Source: Candidatus Entotheonellaceae bacterium
GTDB taxonomy: Bacteria; Tectomicrobia; Entotheonellia; Entotheonellales; Entotheonellaceae
Direction of reading: 5' to 3'
Assembly (NCBI GenBank): GCA_965238075.1
Contig: OZ250173.1
Location: 1,920,001 to 1,984,000, forward strand
Length of the DNA: 64,000 bases
Part shown: piece after piece, positions 19,036 to 29,916 of the stretch
Layout of the letters: the number at the start of each line of letters is the position of its first letter
Numbering within the stretch: the first letter of the stretch is position 1
Program-made: the position numbers and the translations under genes
The notes under the pieces: model-generated
The model's database searches: none
The model's input: the letters and a program-made list of their open reading frames with translations, nothing else
Told to the model about the DNA's origin: nothing

Positions 19036-19824
19036 CTACAGGCTCATGCCGCCATCCAGAAAAAGGGTCTGTCCGGTCATGTAATCGGACGCGGCCGACG
19101 CGAGATAGAGCGCCAGATAGCCCACCTCGCGCAGTTCGCCGGGGCGTGTCAAGGGCACCCTGCGCGCCGCCATGTCCTTGGCTCGCTGCATCCCGTCGTC
19201 GCCGACCGTCACCGGATCGGGGAAAATGCCCGGCGCGATACTGTTCACGTGCACCCCATACGGCGCCCATTCGAGCGCCTGCGCCCGCGTAAAGCCGGAC
19301 AAGCCCGTCTTAGCAATTGAGTACACCACCATGTCGCCGCCGCCTTGCCGGGCGGTCCAGGACGAAATGTTGATCACCTTGCCCGATCGGCGCTCCAGCA
19401 TGTGCGGCCCGACGGCGCGGGTGCACAGGATCGCCTCGGTGAGATTGACGTCCATAACGCGGTTCAGTTCCTCGTCGGTCAAGGCAGCCGTTTCTTGCCC
19501 GGGCAGGGCCACCAGCGGCTTGTAAATGGCGTCACCCAGATTATTGATCAGAACGTCAATCCGCCCAAAGGTCTCCATGACCAGGTCGATCGCCTGTTGC
19601 ACACCGTCGGTGTTGGTGACGTCCGCGATCACCGGTACCACCTTGCGGCCGCTGGCTTCGGCGATCTCGGCCGCAACGCCCTCGACGTAGCGCGGGGTCA
19701 GCGAGTTGATCGCCACATCGGCGCCGGCCTCGGCGAGCACCCGGGCGATGCCCTTGCCGATGCCCCGCCCCGCTCCGGTAATGAAAACCACTTTGTCGGT
19801 CACATCAAAAGCTTCTGGAAGCAT
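19036..19824 (-). CDS. SDR family oxidoreductase
   Basis: TGAGRGIG, YSIAKTG, VNSIAPG, LDGG. Confidence 0.92.
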   Translation of the reverse strand: MLPEAFDVTDKVVFITGAGRGIGKGIARVLAEAGADVAINSLTPRYVEGVAAEIAEASGRKVVPVIADVTNTDGVQQAIDLVMETFGRIDVLINNLGDAIYKPLVALPGQETAALTDEELNRVMDVNLTEAILCTRAVGPHMLERRSGKVINISSWTARQGGGDMVVYSIAKTGLSGFTRAQALEWAPYGVHVNSIAPGIFPDPVTVGDDGMQRAKDMAARRVPLTRPGELREVGYLALYLASAASDYMTGQTLFLDGGMSL

Positions 19825-19876
19825 GATTCAATTCCTTGAAGGTGGGTGTTGCCGATCCGTCGCACGGCTACTCGCC

Positions 19877-20860
19877 CTACGGCATCAGGATGGTTGAGCC
19901 TGTGGTCTTGCGCGCTTCCAGGTCGGCGTGGGCCTGTGCCGTATCGCTCAACTTGTACCGCTGATTGATCTCGACTTTCAAAACACCGTCGGCGATCAAG
20001 CCGAAAAGCTCCGCGGCGTTGCGCGCTCGAACCTCGGGGTCCTTCACGAAGAAATACAGGCCGCCGCGTGTCACGTTTTGCGCTTTCATCGCCAGACGGG
20101 CGGTATTCAGCAGCGGCGCCGGCCCCGAGGATTGGCCATAGGAAACCATCCAGCCGCGTGCGGCCAACACATCGATGCCTTTATCAAACGTGTCCTTGCC
20201 GACGGCGTCATAAATGACATTGGCGCCTTTTCCTTGCGTGAGATCGAGCACCGCGTCGCCGAAATCAACCTCGCGATAAAGGATCGGGTGATCGCATCCG
20301 TGAGCCTGAGCCAAGGCGGCTTTTTCTTTGGTTCCCACCGTGCCGATTACGGTTGCGCCCAGATGCTTCGCCCATTGGCAAAGCAGCAGCCCGACACCGC
20401 CGGCGGCGGCATGGACCAGCGCTGTGTCTCCGGGTTTCACCTTATAGAGGTCGCGCACCAGATAATGCGCCGTCAGGCCCTGGAGCGTCGAGGCCGCGGC
20501 GATCTCTTCGGTCGTCCTGCCATCCAGTTTAATCAGGTGATTGGCGCCGATCAGCCGTTGTTCGGAATAGCTGCCGCGCACCATGCAATAGGAAACGCGG
20601 TCGCCGGCAGCAAAACCGGCCACCTCAGGCCCGACCGCATCGATCACGCCGGCGCCTTCCATGCCCAAGGCGACGGGCAGGTCGTTCATCGGATAGCCGC
20701 CGGATCGTTGTTGGATGTCGATATAGTTCAGGCCGACTGCGGTATGACGGAGGCGGACCTCACCGGCACCCGGATCGCCGACCGATACGTCCTCCCAACG
20801 CATGACTTCGGCCCCGCCCGTCTCGTGAATACGGATCGCTTTAACAGTCATTTCGGTCAA
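19877..20860 (-). CDS. qor: NADPH:quinone oxidoreductase (zeta-crystallin/MDR family)
   Basis: GLNYID, GMEGAG, HAAAGGVG, YGQSSG, RKTTGS. Confidence 0.9.
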   Translation of the reverse strand: MTEMTVKAIRIHETGGAEVMRWEDVSVGDPGAGEVRLRHTAVGLNYIDIQQRSGGYPMNDLPVALGMEGAGVIDAVGPEVAGFAAGDRVSYCMVRGSYSEQRLIGANHLIKLDGRTTEEIAAASTLQGLTAHYLVRDLYKVKPGDTALVHAAAGGVGLLLCQWAKHLGATVIGTVGTKEKAALAQAHGCDHPILYREVDFGDAVLDLTQGKGANVIYDAVGKDTFDKGIDVLAARGWMVSYGQSSGPAPLLNTARLAMKAQNVTRGGLYFFVKDPEVRARNAAELFGLIADGVLKVEINQRYKLSDTAQAHADLEARKTTGSTILMP

Positions 20861-20878
20861 GGTACTTCCTCCCCCACC

Positions 20879-21175
20879 TCACTGGATTAATCGTAACTGA
20901 CAACGCGGCGAACCGAACCGGCGACGGGCCGGTTGCATCACGTCTACTTGGCGCCCGTTGGCCGGATCTTTTTCCCGGCTGATGATTCGCCGCGTTTCAA
21001 GTCGACTCAGCCGGTCGGACAGCACGTTGGTCGAAATGCCTTCACCGGCATCCAGGAAGTCCTGAAACCGGGTAGAGCCGCGAAACATCAAGTCGCGGAT
21101 AATCAATAACGACCAGCGATCCCCGAAGACGCCGAGCGCAAACCGAATTGGGCATTGATTGGGTTCGTAAATCAT
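20879..21175 (-). pseudogene. HxlR-family winged-helix regulator, C-terminus degenerate
   Basis: CPIRFALGVFGDRWSLLIIRDL...GISTNVLSDRL; lacks the Y.LT.KG wing tail. Confidence 0.7.
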
Positions 21176-21301
21176 GTGCTAGCGTACCGGCTTTGGAATC
21201 ACTTGCAAATAACAATTGGCTCTCACACACTACGGGCAAACATGTCAACGCCCAAGGGCAACGGCCACGTCATGATCACTCAAGACCATAGAGAGGCAGC
21301 G

Positions 21302-22192
21302 ATGAGCAAGCAGGCAGTTACATTTTATTCCCAGGGCTGCAAGCTGATGGGCGATCTCTACCGCCCGGACAATCTCGGCGGCGGCGAGACGCGGGCGGGG
21401 ATTTTGCTGTGCCACGGCTATACGGGCGTGAAAGATCTCTATCTGCCGGACAATGCGGCGGCGCTGGTTGCGGAAGGCTATGTCGTGCTCGCGTTCGACT
21501 ACAAGGGCTGGGGCGAGAGTGAAGGGCCGAAGAGCCACCTCAATCCGCACGGGCGTGTCGCCGATGCGCAAGCCGCGCTCACCTTTCTCGCCCTGCAGCC
21601 GGAGGTCGACGCGGATCGCCTTGGCGTGTACGGCACGAGCTATGGCGGCGCCACGGTGGTGTGGCTCGCCGCAGTCGATGAGCGCGTCAAATGCATGGTC
21701 TCGGTGGTCGGTGTCGGCCACGGCAAGCGCTGGATGCGCAGCGTCCGCCGGCCCGACGAATGGTTCGACCTGCTGGAGCAAAACGTCACCGATCGCGATC
21801 GCCGCCTGCGCACCGGCGAGTCAACCTATGTCGACCGAAGCGCCGTGCTGCTGCCGGACCGCCAATCGCTCGAACTTGCCACCGCGGCGCGCCGCGACAA
21901 CCCGACGGCGGTCAGCACCTTGCCCTTCGACTATGTCGACGACACGCTCGTATTCAACCCTGAATGGGTGGTCGACAAGATCGCGCCGCGCGCCGCGCTG
22001 TTCATCACCAGCGACCAGGATCGTCTGGTGCCGCCGGAAGAGTCGATCGCCCTGTACGAGCGCGCCGGTGAGCCCAAGAAACTCGTGACCCTCAAAGGCT
22101 ACGGCCATTACGAAGTCTATAGCGAGCCCGCCTTCTCCGAAGTGATGCGCGAAACCATAGCCTGGTACCAACGCTACGTGCCGGCGCGGTAG
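21302..22192 (+). CDS. Alpha/beta-fold hydrolase
   Basis: LCHGY, FDYKGWGESEG, GTSYGG nucleophile elbow, D and H triad residues. Confidence 0.9.
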   Translation: MSKQAVTFYSQGCKLMGDLYRPDNLGGGETRAGILLCHGYTGVKDLYLPDNAAALVAEGYVVLAFDYKGWGESEGPKSHLNPHGRVADAQAALTFLALQPEVDADRLGVYGTSYGGATVVWLAAVDERVKCMVSVVGVGHGKRWMRSVRRPDEWFDLLEQNVTDRDRRLRTGESTYVDRSAVLLPDRQSLELATAARRDNPTAVSTLPFDYVDDTLVFNPEWVVDKIAPRAALFITSDQDRLVPPEESIALYERAGEPKKLVTLKGYGHYEVYSEPAFSEVMRETIAWYQRYVPAR

Positions 22193-22316
22193 GCCGCGCT
22201 GCTAAACCTCTCGGGCCATTGATCAGGCTCATTGGGGAGTACCAAGCGGTCTACCGATTCGTCTGGCATCGGATGGCACCGTGTTTTGACCTCCGAATCA
22301 GGTGAGGGTTTCTTCA

Positions 22317-22946
22317 ATGGACAATGTCACGGTCGTCGATCATCCCCTGGTCCAGCACAAGCTGTCCCTCATGCGCCGAAAGGAAACCGATACCGCGCGG
22401 TTTCGGCTGCTCCTTCGTGAGATCTCCCTGTTACTTGGCTATGAAGTGACCCGCGATCTCGCAACTGAGACCCGCAAGATCCAGACGCCGCTTTCGGAGA
22501 CGCACGCGCCATTTCTGACGGGCAAGAAGCTCGTCCTTATCTCCATCCTGCGGGCGGGAAATGGGCTGCTGGAGGGGATGCTCGACCTCATCCCTTCGGC
22601 CCGTGTTGGGCATGTGGGGCTCTATCGCGATCCGCAGACGCTGGCAGCAATGGAATACTATTTCAAGGTGCCAGAGGATCTCGAGGACCGTGCGGTGATC
22701 GTCCTCGATCCCATGCTGGCGACAGGAAACTCGGCAATCGCCGCGGTGGCCAGGCTCAAGGAGGCGAACGCACGCCATATCAAGATGCTCTGTCTGCTTG
22801 CGGCGCCGGAGGGCATCGAGGCCTTCCACGCAGTCCACCCCGAGGTGGCGATTTTCGCCGCCGCCGTTGACGAACAGCTCAACGACCACGGATACATCAT
22901 TCCGGGGATCGGGGACGCTGGTGACAGGCTGTACGGCACCAAGTGA
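22317..22946 (+). CDS. upp: Uracil phosphoribosyltransferase
   Basis: [33 protein letters not shown]. Confidence 0.97.
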   Translation: MDNVTVVDHPLVQHKLSLMRRKETDTARFRLLLREISLLLGYEVTRDLATETRKIQTPLSETHAPFLTGKKLVLISILRAGNGLLEGMLDLIPSARVGHVGLYRDPQTLAAMEYYFKVPEDLEDRAVIVLDPMLATGNSAIAAVARLKEANARHIKMLCLLAAPEGIEAFHAVHPEVAIFAAAVDEQLNDHGYIIPGIGDAGDRLYGTK

Positions 22947-22964
22947 TCCATCCTCGGGGGCTGA

Positions 22965-23080
22965 TCTCTTCATGATCGACTGGATCATGAACCCCGACAC
23001 GCGGCGGCGCGCTCAGGTCGGACTGAACAAGGGTGAGGACCATCACGCCCTCAAACGCGCCATCGCCCTGGGGCGGCGCC
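22965..23080 (+). pseudogene. Tn3-family transposase internal fragment
   Basis: LFMIDWIMNPDTRRRAQVGLNKGEDHHALKRAI matches the conserved TnpA LNKGE..HAL.RA segment. Confidence 0.75.
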
Positions 23081-23243
23081 GATTCCGGGTACGCCGTCGT
23101 GTAGCGGGTTGTGCCAAGCCGGAAGGAGTCGGAAGGGGCGCGGATTTGAGTCTGGGGAGATATCGACGTCATCGCTGCCTTCCGCTGACTGATTCCGTGT
23201 GTGTCGTTCGGATGCGGGGAATCTTGCGAATCGAGGACTGAAG

Positions 23244-23831
23244 ATGACTCGGACACGTTGCAGCTGGGTGAACGATGATTCGCTCTACGTTGCTTATCAC
23301 GACGAGGAATGGGGGGTCCCGGTCCGCGACGACCGCGGACTCTACGAGATGCTGGTGCTCGAGGGCGCGCAGGCCGGCCTGAGCTGGTACACCATTCTGA
23401 AGAAGCGCGAGGCGTACCGGCGCGCCTTCGACGGGTTCGATCCGGACCGCATCGCGCGCTACGACGACAAGAAAATCGCATCGCTCCTCGAAGACCCAGG
23501 TATCGTGCGCAACCGCCTCAAGGTACAGGCCGCGATTGGCAATGCGCGCGCGTGGTTGGATGTGCGCGAGTCGGGCATTCGGTTCTCGGAATTCCTGTGG
23601 GCGTTCAGCGGCGGCGCGCCCGTCGTCAACGCCTGGCGTCGGCTCGAAGATGTCCCCGCCGCGACGCCGGTCTCCGAGGCGATGAGCAGAGCGCTCAAGG
23701 CCCGCGAATTCCGCTTCGTCGGTCCCACCATCTGCTACGCCTTCATGCAGGCCGTGGGGATGGTGAACGATCACGTTACCTCGTGCTTTCGCTGGCAGGA
23801 ATGCAAGGGGCTGATGGAGAATGCGCATTGA
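23244..23831 (+). CDS. tag: DNA-3-methyladenine glycosylase I
   Basis: RCSW, YHDEEWG, LEGAQAGLSW, IVRNRLK, FVGPTICYAFMQAVGMVNDH. Confidence 0.96.
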   Translation: MTRTRCSWVNDDSLYVAYHDEEWGVPVRDDRGLYEMLVLEGAQAGLSWYTILKKREAYRRAFDGFDPDRIARYDDKKIASLLEDPGIVRNRLKVQAAIGNARAWLDVRESGIRFSEFLWAFSGGAPVVNAWRRLEDVPAATPVSEAMSRALKAREFRFVGPTICYAFMQAVGMVNDHVTSCFRWQECKGLMENAH

Positions 23832-23915
23832 GGGGAGTACCAGAACGTACACCTTAACCGAGCCGCCAGGATGTCCAAAACACCGGGCTCAACCCCGCGT
23901 TCGGGTCGGCGGGGG

Positions 23916-25289
23916 TCAGAACTCCCAGCGCAAGCGCATTCCCACGCCGTTCACCGTACCGCCTTCCTGGTTCCCCTGTTCGTCCAGATTGTCGACTTCG
24001 GCATGAACATAGTTCAACGACAAACGGACATAGGGGTTGAAATACCAGTTCAACGCCAGAGAGACATTGTTGCTGACGCCGCCGCGCACCCCGCCCACGA
24101 GGTCGTCAACTTCGTCGTCGAGATCGATATGGCTGACGCGTGCCGCGACCTCAAACGCACCCCAGCCGCCGCTGCCCCACGGATCGAACTCGCGATGCGG
24201 CGCCACACGCCAGAACGAGCCGAGGCGCTGATAGTAATTGCGCGACTCACCGGTCAGGAAATAACTGCCAAGCAGGTAGTATCCGTTGAACGACAGGTCG
24301 GGATAGGCGGCGCCACCCGGCCCGTTGTCGCGGTCGATGCCGAGGCGCTGAAGCTCGCCCTGAAACGACCACCGCCCGTAGACGCCGGCGAGCTCAAGCG
24401 ACGTGTAATGGAAGCTGTCAACATACCCGATACGGCCCGTGTCCACGACGAAGCCCTCCTCATCGATGCGGAGTTCCGGGCGCGCTTTGAACTGCTCACC
24501 GCCGCTGGCCTCCCCTTTCAATAGGGTGGGTTTGCGCCAATAGCCTGCGACTCCGAAGTGAAGCGCCTTCGTTCGCTCGACGATGGGGGCGTAGCTGACG
24601 CGGCCATGCACGCCATAGCCTTCCCGATCACCACCCATCTCCTTGACGGGCACGCTCCAGACGCCAAGCCGAATGTTGTGATGGGCGCCGCGGTGTGATA
24701 CCGAGGCACCGAGCGAGGGCGTGCCCGGCGCGTAGCCGAGCGCGCCCGAGGCCATCGACTCCTCCATGAACGAGCGGATGCCGCGTGCCGCGTCGAGGGG
24801 CGATGCGATGTTGTGTTGGCCGACTCTTATCCACCAGGGGTCGAAGCCGCGGTAGATGACCACGGCGGAACGCAGGCCGTCGCTGAAACGGTCGTCGCGA
24901 TCAGTGAAGTTCCACGACCCGAAGACAATGAAGTCCTTGTAGAGCAGCGCGTTGGCGATCAGGATCGCGCGCCGGTCGCGCACGCCGTCTTCAAGATTGT
25001 CGATTGAGGTGCCGCCGCGCGTGCCCGACTTCCCATAGTGCCCGGCATCGAAGTCGAGCAGCAAACCGGCGCCGACGCTGATATTCCCGTCGCGGCTGGT
25101 ATAGCGTGGCAGCGGGCCGAAGAACGCCCTCTCCGGGTCGTAGGCGCGGGTACCGGCGCCTGCGAGCGCCTTGTCTTTGACGGCTTCTTCCCGGTCTGCC
25201 GGTGCAGCTTGTTCCGGCGCTGCGGCAGACACCGCAACGAGCGATACCATGACCAGGGCGGCCATGAAGATGACGCATTTATACGACAC
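23916..25289 (-). CDS. OprO/OprP-family phosphate-selective-type porin
   Basis: Signal peptide; ARPE, SYFLTGESRNY, GAFEVAARVS, LNWY.NP, C-terminal F. Confidence 0.85.
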   Translation of the reverse strand: MSYKCVIFMAALVMVSLVAVSAAAPEQAAPADREEAVKDKALAGAGTRAYDPERAFFGPLPRYTSRDGNISVGAGLLLDFDAGHYGKSGTRGGTSIDNLEDGVRDRRAILIANALLYKDFIVFGSWNFTDRDDRFSDGLRSAVVIYRGFDPWWIRVGQHNIASPLDAARGIRSFMEESMASGALGYAPGTPSLGASVSHRGAHHNIRLGVWSVPVKEMGGDREGYGVHGRVSYAPIVERTKALHFGVAGYWRKPTLLKGEASGGEQFKARPELRIDEEGFVVDTGRIGYVDSFHYTSLELAGVYGRWSFQGELQRLGIDRDNGPGGAAYPDLSFNGYYLLGSYFLTGESRNYYQRLGSFWRVAPHREFDPWGSGGWGAFEVAARVSHIDLDDEVDDLVGGVRGGVSNNVSLALNWYFNPYVRLSLNYVHAEVDNLDEQGNQEGGTVNGVGMRLRWEF

Positions 25290-25717
25290 GTGTTCGAATC
25301 CTTTCTCGATGGATGGCGTTGCGGTTTCACCTCTGCAGTGAAGCGGACCGAGTGCGTGTCTTGCAGTTATCCTTGATCGGGCGACCGGACGGCCACCCTG
25401 CGTCTGACTACTTGAGCGCTGGCGGAAAGGTTGAGCCGCGGTTGTAGAGCGTCTTGTGCGGGCATAGCAGACAGGTGCATGGCGCCACATCAAGCCGTAA
25501 CGGATAGCGTGAATGATACCACTGAACCCCTATAGGGGCAGTGCGCCACCGGTCGGCAACGGGCAGTCTCAAGCGAACAGCCAAATTTTCCTGACAAGGC
25601 TCCGCTATCATGGCGCACATCACGAAGCGTCGTTTGCGGAAGGGCGCGAAAATCACAAGAACAGTTTTGCCAGGTGTTTGAAGAGAACACAAAATTGAAC
25701 GGGAGGCCGGGGGACAC

Positions 25718-26471
25718 ATGGGAAGGCTACTTGAAGGACATATCGCGGTGGTGACCGGGGCGGGATCGGGCATCGGCCGAGCGATCGCCAAGGGCTACGC
25801 CGCGGAAGGCGCGCGGGTGATGGCCGCCGACATCAACGAGGACGGGGCGAGGGAGACCGCCGCGATGATCACCGAGGCCGGCGGCACGGCCGTCAGCGGT
25901 GCCCTCGACGTAACCAACCGCGCTTCCTGCGCGGCGCTGGCAGAGACGGTCGAGCGACAGCTCGGCGCGGCATCGGTACTGGTCAACAATGCCGGCATCG
26001 TGCGATGCGAGACGATTTCGGCCCCCAACGCGGATGCCGATTGGGACGCGGTTATGGCCGTCAACGCGACCGGCGTGTACAACGTGACCAAGGCGTTCCT
26101 CGAGGCGCTGAAACAGACCAAGGGACGGATCGTCAATATCGGCTCAATCCAGAGCCAGGTGCACACTGGCAACGCCGCTGTCTATACCGTGGCCAAGCAC
26201 GGCGTACTCGGTTTGACCCGTGCGTTGGCGGCGGAGTTGGGACCGGACGGCATTCGGGTCAACGCCATCGGGCCCGGTCTGATCCGCACGCCGCTCAACG
26301 CCGAGATTCGGGCGAATCCGGATATTGCGGCGCGGTTCCTGCGCCGCACGCCGCTCGGCCGTGCCGGCGAGCCGGAAGACATTGCCGGCCCAGCGATCTT
26401 CCTGGCGTCCGGCCTGTCGGCTTTTGTGACGGGGGTGCTTCGCCGTGGATGGCGGGTATCTGACGCTTTAA
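25718..26471 (+). CDS. SDR family oxidoreductase with a frameshift near the 3' end
   Basis: TGAGSGIG, NNAG, YTVAKHG; terminal AVDGGYLTL* lies in another frame after ~26440. Confidence 0.85.
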
Positions 26472-26671
26472 CGCTGGCCGAAGGCGGCATTCGCCATCAA
26501 CCCGCATCATCCGCCTCGTCGTAGCGCGACAGAAGGACTCGATCTGCAGCTGCGGGAACGCCGCGCCGGCCCAACATTTCCAGGCTTTTGCCGCAAAACG
26601 GCCCTCCCGGTGGAGATCAGCCTACCGTTGCGAATTTACATGACATACCTGCACGGCGCGTCTCGCCGCGC

Positions 26672-28465
26672 CTAACGGCCGGCCGGCAGAATGCCGATCG
26701 CGCGGCCTGGGCCGCCGTGGTTGTTCTCGATCTTCGGATTGAGGAACACGTAGAACGCGCCCTTCGCCGGCAGTTGGCCCACGCCCGTCAGGTACTCGGT
26801 GAAAATCATGCCCTCGTTGGCCGCGGCCCAGTAGGTGAATGCCCGCTCCTTCGGATCGACCGAGCCGGCCGACGGCGCGTCGATGGCGACGTGGCGGACC
26901 CCCTTGCCGGCGAGGTACTGGATGGTCTCCGGCGTCACCGCCGCCCAGCCTTCCATCTGACCGTCCAACGGCGCTTTGAGCGCCCGTTCCAGGCGGTTGC
27001 GCAGCATCGGACGGAAATGGGCGTCGGTATGGCCGGTCTGGAAGATCACGACCTCGCCAGCCTTGAGGTTGCCATGCGCCAACTCATGCGCCCTGACCAC
27101 GTCGACGGTAATCGCGGGCGACGCCGGCCAATCTTCTTGGCTGGTCGAGCCGGAGAGGTTCTGCACGTTGATGACGCGCGCCGGGCCCATCATCTGGCTG
27201 ACCGGCACCTTGTCCGAGGTCATGTCGGTAACCTTGATCTGGCCGTACTTGCCCTCGAACTCCTCGGCCCAGGTGCGGACCTCCGGTGCGTAGTCGGCCA
27301 CGCTGAAGCCGGCGGGCAGGCCATAATGCGCCGGCGGCGAGATATGGGTGCCGGTGCGCGAGTCCATGATCTGTGAGTTCACCCAATACTGCGCGTAGCC
27401 GTCATAGCCGTTCACCGGCTCGATGCGGAAGAACGGGAAGGCGAAGTTGCCGACGCCCGCACCCAGCCAATAGACAGGCAGGTCGTCGCCGTTGAGGACC
27501 GACAGGTCAACCACGCGCTGTGCCTTGATGGCCCGTGACAACTCGGCCGCGAGCGCGACGTCGGTGATCGCCGCCGCGCGGGTCTGTACGGTCGGCGTGT
27601 TCTGGATCTTGACCGGCAGCGCGATGAACACGGAGCCGTCGGGGACCTTGTCCAGGTTTAACAACCCCTCCACGTCGACGCCGCCATGCTTGAACACGCC
27701 AAGATGGCTTTCGATCGCCTTGAAGGTCTCCGTACGGTAGCTCTGGGGGCCGCCCCATTCATAGTCCGGCGGGCCAAAGGCGCCAATGCTCGGGCTGTCC
27801 AGCCCGACCAGCGCCACTCCCTTACCGCCGACATAGTCGGACGTGTCGAAGTTCGGGGCCGGCCAGGCCGGCGCCTTGCCAAGCAGCACGTCGATCTGTG
27901 GCCGGTCCGGCGATTGATCGGGCGCACCGCGCTTGTCGTTGTAGCTGCTCCAGTAGATCACCGCATCGCCGCGCGTCAAGTCGCGACCGAGCGCTTGCTC
28001 GGCCTGCTTGACCATGTCCACGGTGAAGATCGGGCTCTGTCCGTTCGGCGCCTGATCGTAGATACTGCGACCGTCGATCTTGACCACCTCGCCGACCAGT
28101 TGCCAAGCCGGCAGCTTGTCGCAGGTCAGGAAGCCCCAATAGCCGGCGTTCGGCAGGCCCGAGTCCTGATGGGCCATCATGTGCGGCGGGCAATCGAGCT
28201 GAGTTGCCGTGTCGTTGTCAACGATGATCAGATCGGCGGTGTACGGGCTCGACCCATGCCGGATATAGGGAAAGATCACCGGCCGGTGGTGCCGCTGCCC
28301 GCCCGGCCAGTTCTGTTTAAGTGACATCGAGATGGTCGGCGAAAGATCGATCACCGATCCCGGCTCCGGAACCTTGTACTGAGCGGCCGCGACTCCCGAC
28401 GCGATATACCAGACGATTGCGGCGGCGCAGATAGCGCCGAATGTGTTGTGTCGCTTTTGCATCAC
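26672..28465 (-). CDS. Secreted tandem cyclase-family (kynurenine formamidase-like) protein
   Basis: Signal peptide; two domains each with VIDLS/VVDLS, T..T(Q/H)...PxH, DSPS/DAPS and E.L motifs. Confidence 0.8.
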   Translation of the reverse strand: MMQKRHNTFGAICAAAIVWYIASGVAAAQYKVPEPGSVIDLSPTISMSLKQNWPGGQRHHRPVIFPYIRHGSSPYTADLIIVDNDTATQLDCPPHMMAHQDSGLPNAGYWGFLTCDKLPAWQLVGEVVKIDGRSIYDQAPNGQSPIFTVDMVKQAEQALGRDLTRGDAVIYWSSYNDKRGAPDQSPDRPQIDVLLGKAPAWPAPNFDTSDYVGGKGVALVGLDSPSIGAFGPPDYEWGGPQSYRTETFKAIESHLGVFKHGGVDVEGLLNLDKVPDGSVFIALPVKIQNTPTVQTRAAAITDVALAAELSRAIKAQRVVDLSVLNGDDLPVYWLGAGVGNFAFPFFRIEPVNGYDGYAQYWVNSQIMDSRTGTHISPPAHYGLPAGFSVADYAPEVRTWAEEFEGKYGQIKVTDMTSDKVPVSQMMGPARVINVQNLSGSTSQEDWPASPAITVDVVRAHELAHGNLKAGEVVIFQTGHTDAHFRPMLRNRLERALKAPLDGQMEGWAAVTPETIQYLAGKGVRHVAIDAPSAGSVDPKERAFTYWAAANEGMIFTEYLTGVGQLPAKGAFYVFLNPKIENNHGGPGRAIGILPAGR

Positions 28466-28795
28466 GTGTCTCCCCTTCGGTTTTCGCCTCGGTTGCGAGG
28501 CTGTCTATCGTCTTGGCCCTGCCTTTGCCAAGCACGGCCAGCGAAGCGGCCGTCCTGCAAGGCGGCGACCCTAACTAAATCCGATCGATCGGAATCTGAT
28601 CTCAAAGGACGACGATCACTTAAACAGTGTATCGGAATCGAAGCGTCATGGGAATGAGCGGCGCGCGGGCCGTTTTCGCAGGCCAAAATGCCGGATTTGG
28701 GCGTGTCAGCCCCGCATCGGGCCGACTTCGGGGCCGCGAGCGGCTGCGCGACCGCCGCTTGGTTCCCGCCGCCGCCCCAGGGAGGGCTGGTGAGG

Positions 28796-29011
28796 TCAGT
28801 TGCCTTCGGCGTAGTCCTGGAAGGTCTGGCCCATGTCGGGTGGAACGTCGCCCACTCCGTGGGATCCGAAGTGATGCTCCCCCAGCCACATGGCCTCGAA
28901 GCCAAGCTCCTCGGCCAGGATGGTCTGCTGTCTGAGGTTGTCCAGCAAATTCGCAGCGTTCGTGGCGTCTTCCGCGGATGCCGCCACCGTGGTAAACGCC
29001 GCAAACTTCAT
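28796..29011 (-). pseudogene. LLM oxidoreductase N-terminal fragment
   Basis: LAEELGFEAMWLGEHHF then ends at 71 aa. Confidence 0.8.
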
Positions 29012-29060
29012 CTTGAGACCTCTCTACGGATTCATTCAACCCCTTCCGCATGACCTCCTA

Positions 29061-29234
29061 TTATCGGGTTCCGCCGTGCTTGTGCCAGTTCGTAGACACA
29101 CCCGCTTTGCCGTTCAACAGACGCGACAACGTTCCGCGGTCGCAACCCAAACGAGTCGCTGTCTCGGTGACGTTCCAGCCAACCTCTTCCATGCTCTCAC
29201 GGATCAGTTCATCCAGATGCGGCGGGTTCAGCAT
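29061..29234 (-). pseudogene. HigA-family antitoxin with internal deletion
   Basis: MLNPPHLDELIRESMEEVGWNVTETATRLGCDRGTLSRLLNGKAGVS joined out of frame to YELAQARR. Confidence 0.8.
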
Positions 29235-29338
29235 AGGAGCTACACGTTCGCTATCGTTACTGCTCCTAGGCGAAAGCCTCTTTCATGTTATCACCACCGA
29301 CAATTGTCAACCGACAGGCGACATGATAGAGTCGCGCC

Positions 29339-29617
29339 ATGGTTATGTTGTTTCGTTATTGCGGCCTCAAGGCTCTCTACGATGGCAGGACAACACGGCG
29401 TGTGGCGCCAGATCATGTCCGCAAGTTGCTGGATATATTAGCGGCCCTTGACCGTAGTCGAGGGCCGGAAGGCATGGACTTGCCGGGATTCAGACTGCAT
29501 GAGTTGAGGGGCCGGCTGAAGGGTCATTACGCGGTGTCGGTGTCAGGAAACTGGCGGGTGACCTTCCGATTCGAGGACGGGTCGGCCGTTGATGTCGATT
29601 ATGTGGACTACCATTGA
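29339..29617 (+). CDS. higB: HigB (RelE-family) toxin
   Basis: [28 protein letters not shown]...VDYVDYH. Confidence 0.9.
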   Translation: MVMLFRYCGLKALYDGRTTRRVAPDHVRKLLDILAALDRSRGPEGMDLPGFRLHELRGRLKGHYAVSVSGNWRVTFRFEDGSAVDVDYVDYH

Positions 29618-29628
29618 GGAGATTGAGC

Positions 29629-29916
29629 ATGGCCATGCACAACCCGCCGCATCCCGGCGGAATCGTGAAGCGGCAATGCTTGGAGCCCTTGGGCCTATCT
29701 GTGACGCGGGCTGCCGAGGGATTGGGTGTGACTCGGCAAGCCCTCTCCGAGCTTCTGAATGGCAGGACGGGAATTTCAGTCGAGATGGCGATCCGTTTGT
29801 CGAAGGCGTTCGGGTCGACTCCGGAGACGTGGCTCGGCATGCAACTGGCCTACGACCTGTGGCAGGCGCGTGACCGTGCCGAACAGATAAAGGTTGAGCG
29901 TTTCGTCGTGGCCTGA
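29629..29916 (+). CDS. higA: HigA antitoxin
   Basis: MHNPPHPG...[20 protein letters not shown]...IS.EMAIRL. Confidence 0.93.
   Translation: MAMHNPPHPGGIVKRQCLEPLGLSVTRAAEGLGVTRQALSELLNGRTGISVEMAIRLSKAFGSTPETWLGMQLAYDLWQARDRAEQIKVERFVVA

Noticed and set aside
22234-22245. 16S rRNA fragment (GGGGAGTAC)
   Set aside because: Similarity is limited to 9 nt and the flanks are not rRNA-like.
25718-26524. SDR with a novel C-terminal extension
   Set aside because: Explained by a frameshift near 26440; the canonical VDGG tail is in another frame.
28612-28640. Additional dif-like site (ACTTAAACAGTGTATCGGAATC)
   Set aside because: 5-bp spacer and mismatches in both inner arms.
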